This document shows, piece by piece, positions 20,897 to 32,465 of a stretch of 64,000 nt of DNA (position 1 is the first letter of the stretch; each line of letters opens with the position of its first letter). Both the position numbers and the translations under genes were made by a program. This DNA is from Macrostomum lignano (taxonomy: Eukaryota). The notes beneath the pieces were generated by a model. It saw nothing but the letters and a program-made list of their open reading frames with translations. It made no database searches and was not told the DNA's origin. Where the stretch lies: assembly GCA_002269645.1 (NCBI GenBank), contig NIVC01000010.1:1302001-1366000 (forward strand), in the 5' to 3' direction.

Positions 20897-23724
20897 ATGC
20901 AGCAAATTGTCATACAGTAAAATCATTTCATACAGAGTCGGTTCATAGGATGTAAAAACAAGCAGTTACAGCATGCCAGCAGGCAGTGGAGCGAGCACTT
21001 TGGCATGGCAGTCTGGAACAGCGGCTGCAACTCAGGCTGCCGGCAGCAACCTGTGTTAATCATGCCAACAGCCGCACTTGAGTCGGAGTAGACCACGACC
21101 GAACTGTCATTTAAAAAGGCACTCCAGCGAACCATAGCCAGTAGCGGTACAATACTCGTAGCTTCTTTGTACGTGATATGCTTGTCTTTAAACTTTCCTC
21201 CAGCATCCAGATCCCATGAATTTACATATAGCCAGTCCACCATTCCGCTACCATTGCGCAAAATGGCTCCGCCACCAGCACTGCTCGCATCGGTTTCGAT
21301 GATCCAGCCGTTTGTGCGACTTCTACAAAGCTCAAAATCAGGCAGCTTCAGAGGGCACTTCGCCACCAGAGTAATATACGCACAGTGTCAGCGGACACTC
21401 GCACTTTGTGATGTGGCTTTTCCAGGGCATTAAGCAGGTCGAACAGGGGCCTTAGGAAGTAACTCCCAGCGTGCACTACCTGGACGACCAAGCTGAGCTT
21501 GCCACAAAGCGACGAAAGCTGGCGTTTTGAGAGACGCCTGCGCTGCGAAAAGTTAAGCAGTGTGGTGCGCATTTCCTCACACTTTTCCGCCGGCACACTA
21601 AGAACTCCACGGACAGTATCAATCTTCACACCGAGATACACCAAGCATTGCGTAGGTTCAACCACTTTGTTCCAATTGACACCAAAACCTAACTGGCGAA
21701 CCAGCTTAATCAGCTCTTTCAGAGCTTCCATACACTCTTCCTCGCTCTCGGCCGAAACCAGAAAATCATCTTGGTAAACCGAAATATTGGCCACGCCGCG
21801 TCGCACCATCATCCTCTTGACCACTTGAGTAAGCCGGTAGAAAATCTCGACCGAGGCGTAGCTACCAAAGGGTAGCCGGGTGTCGACAAGCCATGTCAGA
21901 TCACAGTTGCCTTTAAAGCGCCAACCAATGCCGATCGCCTGGTAATCATCCGGATGAATCGCTACGCTTCTGTAAGCTTGCGACAAGTCAAGCTTCGCCA
22001 TGAACCAGCCCTTGCCGATAGAGGCTGCAACCTTCTTGACGGACTCAAACCTGGGGCTCAGCTTCTTCGTATAATGGTCATTTACCGAGTAGCCCGGAGG
22101 CGTGCTGCAGTCATGATTCATGAATAAGCCGAACCTTCCCGTTATCCTTGGGAATAGCTCCCAGAGGGCTGACCATCGTAGGCTTCTTAGGCACAACCAA
22201 ATACCTGCCATTCTCAATCTCTTCCTTAATTTGCAGCTCAACAGCACGATGAAAAGCAGAAGTAGACACGTAATTGGCATTAAAAGTCTCACAAAGCCCT
22301 TTGCCATCAGTAATGCGAAAACCATTTGCGATGCCGTCTAGGATAAAATTCCGATCAGGGTCATTCTCAAGCTCAAAATCCCACGAACAAAGACGCAGGC
22401 GACCCCCTGCTCTACCAACGACAGGATTGTTAAAATTTAAAGCAGGCTGAGCATTAGGCAAAAAGTTTCGGATTAAAACAGAGCATCGCAGACTTCAGTT
22501 TTTTGTCGAATGGTTGGCCTCAGAATGGGTCTCGAAACAGATGCGGCAGACGTGCCGGAATTTGCAGCTCGACCGGAAGCACCCCCGGCGATTAAAGTGC
22601 AAGCAGATCTCTTCTCCGTCTGGCGTTCTGAGGCTCTTGGGATCTATTGGTTTTTAAAAAAGCTGCTGTCGTGGCTGGGGCAATGACTTGCTGACCCCAT
22701 GGTTTGCTGGAGTTCCAGTTCTAATTAAGTGCTTAGCAACGAGTTGGAAAGACTCCTTGCCCCATCGCATGCCAGTTTCAGCTTGCCTAGTGCGGTAGTT
22801 CTCGTCAAAACGGTTCACCTGCGCAAGACCGAAGCCCGCGTCAAACAGCTCGCCAATCTGTATTGAGTAGCGTAGGTAATTCATCAAATCAGTCGTGTCG
22901 GCAGTTCCATTTCTACTAGTCACCAGGGCACCATCCTTGATCATCTGCATCATCAGCCTGCAATTGCCTACCAAATACTGCGCTGCCGTGATGCTATCTG
23001 GATTAGGTTTTCTGCTCTTGTAAGTGATTCGGCCATCAGAACCATTAGCTAGCACCTCTTCCTGCTCAAAGCCGTCGAGGAAATCACGAACCAGTAGAGC
23101 CTTACATCTACCAGAACACTCATTCCGTTCATTGGCCCTGTTCTGTGACAACAATCTATCAAGCAGCTCATTGCCATTATCTTCCTGGTCTAATCCAGCA
23201 TCATCGCACCCATCAGGAAAGTAACTGGGGCCAGCAGGCTTGGCACACTCACCGCGATTCATAGGACGCGTGGACGGACACTCGCGCTGCAAATCTCCGA
23301 TCTCTCTCTTGAGTTGAGTGGCTTCCTTGCGTAGCTGCAACAGTCTGATCTCCTCCGCCTTCGCGATGTCCTCGTCCAGGCCCGCCGCCGACTCCCGAGC
23401 CGCCTCCGTACTGATGTTGTCGTCTGCTTCGGCTTCTTGCTCGGATTGCTTTATGTTCTGCAACAGAGAATCTGTCCACGACTGGTCTGGGGCTGCGAGC
23501 AAGGCTCTGACAAGGTCGGCCTTGTTGCCCCGACTACTTATGTTAGCGTGGGCAAAAAAATCAATACGCACTTGGCGGGTCAGCAACAGCCCGCATTGCA
23601 TTAAATAAACGCCACCCCAGCCGCGGGCACGTGACCAAGGCCCGGCCCACCCCATCCCCCGCACCAACGCACAAGAGCCACGCTCCACTGGTTTAACACC
23701 CAACCAAGCTACGCCCTTTCGGAC
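20897..23724 (-). mobile_element. DIRS/Ngaro-type tyrosine-recombinase retrotransposon remnant: gag-like (22654-23727), RT (21348-22461), RNase H (20923-21366); no YR visible
   Basis: Motifs VSPLGAIPK..KVRLIH/DCS, KLDLSQAYRSV, LPFG, YQDDF, YLGVKIDT, TDAS, HITYKE and YSDS are typical of DIRS-group RT/RH. Frameshifted. Termini approximate. Confidence 0.85.
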
Positions 23725-24081
23725 CATTCATTTACAGTAAGAAGGTCCGCGAGATACGAGTACGCTCGTAAAAGTGCACTTGAGACGTAGTCAAATAAAG
23801 AACATATCTAACATAACGTCTATTCGTGGGCTGTACGTATACGTGGATATGGTAAAATTACCAGTACGAGTACTGTAAATTGAGTTTACGAAACAATGAC
23901 AATATACTCGTATGTTGCTTTAATTGGCAACGAGTCATTGTTGACACACGTGATGCAATAAAACATGATACTAAGGCAGCTGGTACTGAACATATAGATT
24001 CTGTTTGTGTCCCGGTCGAGATACCATATTTACTATCCGAACGGCGAGACTAAATAGATCGAGTTAAGAACTTTAGAGTCA

Positions 24082-24325
24082 ACCAATCAGCGGCTGAGGG
24101 CGAGGGCAAACAGAGAGGCCCGTCAACCAATCAGTGGCTGAAGGGTGAGGCAAACAGAGAGAGAGGCCCGTCAGCCAATCAGCGGCTGAGGGTGAGGCAA
24201 ACAGAGAGGCCCGTGAGCCAATCAGCGGTGCTGAGGTTGAGGCAAACAGAGAGAGAGGCCCGTCAGCCAATCAGCGGCTGAGGGTGAGGCAAACAGAGAG
24301 GCCCGTCAGCCAATCAACGGCTATA
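24082..24325 (+). repeat. ~42-49-bp tandem repeat with six CCAATCA boxes
   Basis: (A/G)CCAATCAGCGGCTGAGGG(T/C)GAGGCAAACAGAGAGGCCCGTCA repeated about six times. Confidence 0.85.
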
Positions 24326-25400
24326 GAGGGCGAGGGGTCGTTGCAGCGTGGACCGAAATCGGTCTAAAAAGAATTAGAGAAAAGTAGGTTTCTTAGGCGG
24401 TTTTAGTGAGTATAGTGGGTTTCGCCACTCACAGCTCAACTTTAATTTGAACAATGTTAACTTTAAAAAATTAAAACACAACTCACAAAAAACCGAGTAA
24501 ATTGTACTTTAGTACATATTACTTCAATACATAGTTTAGAGATTTGCGTTAAAGTTGCAACACAGCAGAACATAAAATGTTTAATGTGCCTGAATAAATA
24601 AGTGAATAGTCAAGAGCTCCATCTTGATCGTATGCGCTCGCCGTTATAAAATAAAATAAAAAATTGGCGAGTTGCTACTCGTAGGTCTCTGTGATCAGCT
24701 ATACAGAATAGAATAGAATTTCTAACAATTAGATAAGGGAGCTTGGCCGTCTCAGTTTGTCTTTATTATTACTTTATTGGAATCTGTTAGCCAATATCCA
24801 GCACACCAAAACACGGTGTGAGGACTCGGCCTCATGCCAACCGTTGATGGTGACAGCGGCTGGGCCTAAGAGTGACCGCGAGGCGACCGAGACCCGCCAT
24901 ACGACGCATCCTGGATTCCTGGCATCTGATATCGGGCATCACATTATTTTTCTCAATTGCTTCTTTTTTATTGCTGTCCTCCTCACTTCCCAAAAACTAA
25001 TGCAACGTATAACTCTCATTCCGAATGTTTAAAGGCCAAAATTAAAGTGCTTTTTACAAGCGTACATTGCAGTTTCAAAGCGGAAATTTCTTTAAACAAA
25101 GGACTACTTAAGAGTAAAGGAAGAATAAAGGGGTTACACTTATAACAGTGGCAAAATTCTGAAAGTATCTCTGAACCAGCCGCCGAGACACCGAGCATAG
25201 ACTACAAAGTAGACAAGAGTAAACAGAAAATCAACGAGATACCAGCATCAGGGGTTTTAAAACTGAAGGCTACATGAGCGAACAAACATTGTACATAAAG
25301 ATTGTACATAGTGCACTCTACATGCATAGTAAATAGAAAACAACTATTGTGCAAAGGGCCATTGGTAATACAGGAATAACATCAAAAAACACTTTTTCAT

Positions 25401-27374
25401 TCAGTCCCGCAGAAAAAGTACACCCCGAATGAAGGCCCTGCAGATGGGGCACGTCTTCAGCGACTTGGCGCACACTGAGCAGCAGGCCACGTGACCACAG
25501 TCCAGAAGCATGATGTTCACCTCCTTATCCATGCACACCTTGCACGTCTTCCAGTCGGTTGTGTCTCGGGGTCTCGGCTGTTGGTTCAGAGACTCTCGAA
25601 TCTGAGACATCCTGCTCTCGAAGAATGCCTCCGGGTCCTGCGACTGCTTGCGCATGCGGCGACTCTCGGTGAGCATGAAGTCGAGGAACAGCTCCGATGA
25701 GGCAAAGTCATCGCCTCGCTGTCTGAGATGCAGCTCTGTGAACAGTCTCACTTGCAGAGCGGAGAATCCGAGCTGAGTGAGCAGTCTCACAACGGGCAGG
25801 TCGGCTCTCGCCTTGATGTCTCTGGCCTCGACTCTGAACTCGACTCCAGGTGTGACTGCGAGAGCCTCGTCTGCGCGACTGCTGCGGACTGCGGACCCGT
25901 CGACAGTCGCAGCACCAGCTGATGCAGTTGAGTCCGTCTGTACCAATGCAGTGTGACGCTGAGCAGAGGCGCCACAAGTCGGGTGCTGCACGGGAGGCGA
26001 CAGTCGATGCACAGCCTGTACAAATTCGCTACCTCGCTCCAACAACACGTGAGGACACCGAGGTGACCACCTGGCGTGCTCAACCCACACATCATCGTCG
26101 CAGCTCCACTCGCTCATGCGAAGTCCGCAGCTGAAGCAGCAGGTCGCTCTCTCGGCTTCCGAGTAGAAGAAGCCCGCCTTTGCAAGCAAGTACACTGGCT
26201 GCTGAACGAGAGCCGAGTGCAGAGACTGCGACCTCGCTTGGTAGGTCTCGAACTGTACGTGTTTGGCAGTCACACTCGATGGATCACTCTCGAGACTGTG
26301 CTGCAGAGCGGACAGGTTCGTGAGAGCTCTCTCGGAGCACGCAGATCTCGCTACCTCGCTCGACACTGGAAGCTGAGGACGCTTCATCATGTCGAAAGCG
26401 ACCAGCTTATCGTCCATAACGCGTTCTGCATTCGTTCCAAAAGTTGCGCGTGTCGCCAGCGCCCACTCGTTCAGTCCAGCGAACTCCATCGGTGGTAGCT
26501 CAGCGACCATCTTCATGCTCCAGTCTCCGTTCACCATCACTGCTGCATCATCTGCAGTCTGATCACTGCATTGCACTGCCTCTACCAGCTTTGCTGAACT
26601 CAATACTCTTTCCGGCTCTCTGTGATCTCGAGGCACGTTGCCGACTTCGACGAACAGCACGAACGGACAGGTGGAGAAGTGGCGTCTGTGAGCCTCTCGG
26701 ACCTGCTCGCCCGCCTCCCAGTCCTTGAGCACACCCTTGCAGAATGCACACTTTACTCTGTCCGACTCCTGCAGGTAGAAGAATCCGTCAGCAGCCAGAT
26801 CCGTCACTGACACCAGGTGAGCCGCTGTGAAGCTGGCATCCGGCAGGTGGAAGGACTGCCACCTGTTCTCCTCTCGTCTCATGTCCCACAGGTGTTGTGG
26901 AATCGAGGCCGGCATTCCACTCGTGTCCCATCGCTGATTGCGGAAGTCCAGAGTCTGCGGCACGGAGGACGCTCTGCCACCAGGTGTGCTGTTGTTGTAG
27001 TACCGCAGTACCTTGCTTTTACCTGTCTGATTCACTGAGTTAGCCGGATTTTGTTCCCTTCGCCTCAGCTGGCTGGCGATTTCGATCCTTTTTTTCGAGA
27101 ACCCGTGTTCCGAAGCCTGGAGTAGATTTGGCAGCAACCCGAAAGTTCGTGAATCCTTTAGAAGAGTGAGAATTTCTCCTTTGCTGGTGCCGTCTGTAGA
27201 AATTTTTAGACCTGTGAGCTCTTCGCAGTTTGCCCTGTTTCTCTCTGCCCCATTCTCCTTTTTTACAGATCTTTCACCAGACTTCAGCCAAGTTTTAGTA
27301 TCCTGGAGATAATATTTCGTTCTTCTGGGGTTTGTTGTTTGCAGCCTTGAGCCTTGGTATTGAAGTTGAGCCAT
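25401..27374 (-). CDS. Inhibitor of apoptosis, paralog 2 (BIR-BIR-UBA-like-RING), 657 aa
   Basis: Same domains as paralog 1 with near-identical BIR and RING sequence. A TAG acceptor lies 3 nt upstream of the ATG. Confidence 0.92.
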   Translation of the reverse strand: MAQLQYQGSRLQTTNPRRTKYYLQDTKTWLKSGERSVKKENGAERNRANCEELTGLKISTDGTSKGEILTLLKDSRTFGLLPNLLQASEHGFSKKRIEIASQLRRREQNPANSVNQTGKSKVLRYYNNSTPGGRASSVPQTLDFRNQRWDTSGMPASIPQHLWDMRREENRWQSFHLPDASFTAAHLVSVTDLAADGFFYLQESDRVKCAFCKGVLKDWEAGEQVREAHRRHFSTCPFVLFVEVGNVPRDHREPERVLSSAKLVEAVQCSDQTADDAAVMVNGDWSMKMVAELPPMEFAGLNEWALATRATFGTNAERVMDDKLVAFDMMKRPQLPVSSEVARSACSERALTNLSALQHSLESDPSSVTAKHVQFETYQARSQSLHSALVQQPVYLLAKAGFFYSEAERATCCFSCGLRMSEWSCDDDVWVEHARWSPRCPHVLLERGSEFVQAVHRLSPPVQHPTCGASAQRHTALVQTDSTASAGAATVDGSAVRSSRADEALAVTPGVEFRVEARDIKARADLPVVRLLTQLGFSALQVRLFTELHLRQRGDDFASSELFLDFMLTESRRMRKQSQDPEAFFESRMSQIRESLNQQPRPRDTTDWKTCKVCMDKEVNIMLLDCGHVACCSVCAKSLKTCPICRAFIRGVLFLRD

Positions 27375-27920
27375 TTGCTACAATGTCTAGCCAGCTGTGT
27401 CCGCCGTGTCTTGGAGTTTTATGATGCACAGGGCTTTCCAAAGACGGATAAATTTGTCGTATTCTTTTCCTGAGTTCTTGAAGAGTACAAACTTTTCTGA
27501 AGTTTTTCTGACTCGGTTTGACCTGGATTGGTTGAGGCGCCGTTGTGGCTGTGACCTGAAATTTTACAAATTTAACTGGTTAAATTAATTAATTAAATTA
27601 TTTAGTTAAATTTACATAATCATACGAAGTAATCAATTGTACTCAGTCCAATCCTCAGTCTAATTGTGATCAAGTCAAAATTCTGACCCCCTGCAGCCAT
27701 TGACCTATCCAAGTGATCCGAAAAACTTTCCCAAACAGGATTTGAAGTAGCGGATTAATTAATTACCTGATTGACTGCAGTCAAATCTTGAGCGGCTTGT
27801 TGCGCGCAGTCTGTATCGACTAGATCCTCTGGATCCGAACTAAAATTCAAAGGAAAATTTGATAGAAAGCAATTGTAGAAATCACTTAAACTAAAAAAAC
27901 AAGCCATATTTTACATGTAG

Positions 27921-28422
27921 GGTGGGGGGGCATCACAAACCCGAAAAATCACAACTCCGAAATATCATAACTCCGAAATTGCTAGCAACGCTTATCATAA
28001 ACCCGATAAATCACAAACCCGAAATATCATAACTCCGAAAGTTTTAGCAATGTCCAACACTATTTTGGTTTTCGGAGTTATGATATTTCGGGTTTGTGAT
28101 ATTTCGGGTTTATGATGGGCAATGCTATTTTGGTTTTCGGAGTTGTGATTTTTCGGGTTTATGATGGGAAGTGCTTTCGGAGTTGTGATTTTTCGGGTTT
28201 ATGATGGGAAGTGCTTTCGGAGTTGTGATTTTTCGGGTTTATGATGGGCAATGCTATTTTGGTTTTCGGAGTTGTGATTTTTCGGGTTTATGATGGGAAG
28301 TGCTTTCGGAGTTGTGATTTTTCGGGTTTATGATGGGAAGTGCTTTCGGAGTTGTGATTTTTCGGGTTTATGATGGGAAGTGCTTTCGGAGTTGTGATTT
28401 TTCGGGTTTATGATGGCGACCC
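27921..28422. mobile_element. Foldback-like non-autonomous element with repeat-built inverted arms, 7-8-bp TSD ACATGTA(G)
   Basis: Left arm CATCACAAACCCGAAAAATCACAACTCCGAAA; the right arm is a tandemly amplified reverse complement. ACATGTAG occurs at 27913-27920 and 28423-28430. Confidence 0.8.
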
Positions 28423-30280
28423 ACATGTAGATGTAGCTCGCAGTTTTAAAGGAAAAATATTGGTCAATAATAATTGGATAATTTATTTACCAAGGTAAAA
28501 ATTGTCACTTTAATTTTTCAATTTGCACATAATCCCTATTTTCAGACATCATATACAATCTTTCATATTAGCTAATTTCAGACGAAAAACTCGTGCTGTT
28601 CATTTCATTAACATTCATACATGATTTAATTACCATTATTCAACCGTTTTGTCCAATACATGTAATTTCGTTCGTAAGGAACCACAAAAATTAATTTAAA
28701 AGGCTCTCATTTCGCTAAATCAATCTAGCTACAGTTTTAATTTAAAATTTGACATACGCCTCGTGACTTTAAACTTTACTGTTCTCTCAAATTACTATTA
28801 GTAGTTAACTTTTAAACCACATCTCCATTTTTAAGCGAGAACTAAAAAATATTAAGCAGAATAACACTATTATCCACTGCAACATTACAGTTACTACCTT
28901 CAGTAATATCAAATCACTATATGCTGTCGAAGGCAGATTGGTGACACAAATAGGAGCGCAGAAAATTGATTACCATGATTTGTTTGCAAGGAATAAAAGC
29001 AGATCTGAGCAAGTATCCTGTTTTACTGTCAAGTACCCTTTTTCTATAGTTAGTTAGCAAGCTATGGAATTAAGCGGAAATAAACCTGGCAAGCAAATCA
29101 AATGGAACCTAACGATACGAAGTAGTACATTTGTGCGAAGATTGGCCCTCATTTACACTTCATCCTCGAACCTCTAGAAATTTCAAAACTTCTCACGCTC
29201 ATAAACTCGTGTAGCGGAGTGGGGTGGGGTGGGTGAGTGTCCCTTCCGTTCCTGGGGCGCGCAGCGAACGTGCTGCCCCTGGCGATGGCTATACCATTTT
29301 AGAGAGAAAGTGGTTCTAAAAATAGCTACATGAATTAGCAATTCCGCGGAAATGCCACGGGCAGTCCATGGAACAGCCGAAAAATTTAGTTCCATGTTCA
29401 ACTTTATGGATTCTCCAAATGATAGACAACTTAGAAATGTTTCAATGCAATTTTGTGATCCGATAAGGGAATTCAGCTCGAACTAATTTTAATTTTACTT
29501 GTTTTGATTTAACAGCAAATGTAGAGAGTGTGATTTATATACATGTACATTTGCTTGCACATTATGCTGTCCATCCATCGTTGGGGGAAGGATAACTGAG
29601 CTATATATTTTATTGAGTACAAACTGTTTTTAAGTAGTTTATTCGTTTGACTTACCTTGGCTGCGAAAAGCGGAAATGTAATATCGAAAATAATGCTACA
29701 ACAACGGTTATAATGCAAATAAAACAGCTTTCGAAAACTATGCTTGCTAAAAGTTCAAAATTTTGTGTCAAAATTGAAATTGACATTTCAAAATCGGGAA
29801 ATCATTCTACCAAGATCGGTAGAATGTACTCAACGTGGAGGAATGTTGAGTTACGCTGAGCCGTAAATCGACAAAACTTTTAACTATTCCGAAACGTCTG
29901 ATGTATTTCTGCTACAGTATAGAATCACTATATAACTTGTATAAAAATGCTATAATAATACAGCCAATGGCAATACTCGTAGATCTGCATACGACAGCTA
30001 GCCAATAGAAAACCGCCAGCTATGCTTTGCACTGTGCTTTTAGACTGGAACTCTTGTAAAAAAATTGTCACGATTTCAAAGCACAGTGAACGGAAAACCT
30101 ACTCAAAGCTTCTTGTTGACGCTGCACCATATTAAACAGTTTGCACAACTAATGCACAGCTGATGTGTATGTTGAACCAGCAAAATAAGTTTAATTTCTG
30201 ACTATTTCTGTGTTTTAGTCATTTTAGTTTATCAGTAAAACTGTACTTGCTCAATTGTTTGAATACTATCCAATCAGAAA

Positions 30281-32405
30281 CTGACTGCGGTGCCAAAATG
30301 AGTGATTGACTGCGGCGCCAAAATGAGTGGCTGACTGCGGCGCCAAAATGAGTGGTTGACTGCGGCGCCAAAATGAGTGGTTGACTGCGGCGCCAAAATG
30401 AGTGGTTGACTGCGGCGCCAAAATGAGTGGTTGACTGCGGCGCCTAAATGAGTGATTGACTGCGGCGCCAAAATGAGTGGTTGACTGCGGCGCCAAAATG
30501 AGTGATTGACTGCGGCGCCAAAATGAGTGGTTGACTGCGGCGCCAAAATGAGTGGTTGACTGCGGCGCCAAAATGAGTGATTGACTGCGGCGCCAAAATG
30601 CTATACAAATTAAACAGTTAAACAGCACCATATTAAACAGTTTGCACAACTAATGCACAGCTGATGTGTATGTTGAACCAGCAAAATAAGTTTAATTTCT
30701 GACTATTTCTGTGTTTTAGTCATTTTAGTTTATCAGTAAAACTGTACTTGCTCAATTGTTTGAATACTATCCAATCAGAAACTGACTGCGGTGCCAAAAT
30801 GAGTGATTGACTGCGGCGCCAAAATGAGTGGCTGACTGCGGCGCCAAAATGAGTGGTTGACTGCGGCGCCAAAATGAGTGGTTGACTGCGGCGCCAAAAT
30901 GAGTGGCTGACTGCGGCGCCAAAATGAGTGGTTGACTGCGGCGCCTAAATGAGTGCCTGACTGCGGCGCCTAAATGAGTGCCTGACTGCGGCGCCTAAAT
31001 GAGTGCCTGACTACGGCGCCTAAATGAGTGATTGACTGCGGCGCCTAAATGAGTGCCTGACTGCGGCGCCTAAATGAGTGCCTAACTACGGCGTCAAAAT
31101 GAGTGATTGACTGCGGCGCCAAAAATGAGTGGTTGACTGCGGCGCCAAAATGAGTGATTGACTGCGGCGCCAAAATGAGTGATTGACTGCGGCGCCAAAA
31201 TGAGTGGTTGACTGCGGCGCCAAAATGAGTGGTTGACTGCGGCGCCAAAATGAGTGCCTGACTGCGGCGCCAAAATGAGTGATTGACTGCGGCGCCAAAA
31301 TGAGTGGTTGACTGCGGCGCCAAAATGAGTGGTTGACTGCGGCGCCAAAATGAGTGGCTGACTGCGGCGCCAAAATGAGTGGTTGACTGCGGCGCCAAAA
31401 TGAGTGGTTGACTGCGGCGCCAAAATGAGTGGTTGACTGCGGCGCCTAAATGAGTGGTTGACTGCGGCGCCAAAATGAGTGCCTGACTACGGCGCCTAAA
31501 TGAGTGATTGACTGCGGCGCCAAAATGAGTGGTTGACTGCGGCGCCAAAATGAGTGGTTGACTGCGGCGCCTAAATGAGTGATTGACTGCGGCGCCAAAA
31601 TGAGTGGTTGACTGCGGCGCCAAAATGAGTGATTGACTGCGGCGCCAAAATGAGTGGTTGACTGCGGCGCCAAAATGAGTGCTTGACTGCGGCGCCAAAA
31701 TGAGTGATTGACTGCGGCGCCAAAATGAGTGGCTGACTGCGGCGCCAAAATGAGTGATTGACTGCGGCGCCAAAATGAGTGATTGACTGCGGCGCCAAAA
31801 TGAGTGATTGACTGCGGCGCCAAAATGAGTGATTGACTGCGGCGCCAAAATGAGTGCCTGACTGCGGCGCCTAAATGAGTGCCTGACTGCGGCGCCAAAA
31901 TGAGTGGTTGACTGCGGCGCCAAAATGAGTGATTGACTGCGGCGCCAAAATGAGTGGTTGACTGCGGCGCCAAAATGAGTGATTGACTGCGGCGCCAAAA
32001 TGAATGATTGACTGCGGCGTCAAAATGAGTGATTGACTGCGGCGCCAAAAATGAGTGGTTGACTGCGGCGCCAAAATGAGTGATTGACTGCGGCGCCAAA
32101 ATGAGTGATTGACTGCGGCGCCAAAATGAGTGGTTGACTGCGGCGCCAAAATGAGTGGTTGACTGCGGCGCCAAAATGAGTGCCTGACTGCGGCGCCAAA
32201 ATGAGTGATTGACTGCGGCGCCAAAATGAGTGGTTGACTGCGGCGCCAAAATGAGTGGTTGACTGCGGCGCCAAAATGAGTGGCTGACTGCGGCGCCAAA
32301 ATGAGTGGTTGACTGCGGCGCCAAAATGAGTGGTTGACTGCGGCGCCAAAATGAGTGGTTGACTGCGGCGCCAAAATGAGTGGTTGACTGCGGCGCCAAA
32401 ATGAG
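30281..32405 (+). repeat. 25-bp CpG-rich minisatellite (GACTGCGGCGCCAAAATGAGTGGTT) in two blocks, with a 501-bp segmental duplication and a 925-bp higher-order repeat
   Basis: Unique flank GCACCATATTAAACAG... at 30124 and 30625. The rare 5-A variant occurs at 31121 and 32046, each followed by the same variant order. Confidence 0.95.
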
Positions 32406-32465
32406 TATTGTTGTTTTTGCTAACGTATGTCTGTTTGATGTAAACACGTTTTGTTCGTGGGATCA

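Noticed and set aside
481-32405. CRISPR-like appearance of the 25-34-bp repeats
   Set aside because: Units are head-to-tail without unique spacers, there are no cas genes, and the context is eukaryotic.
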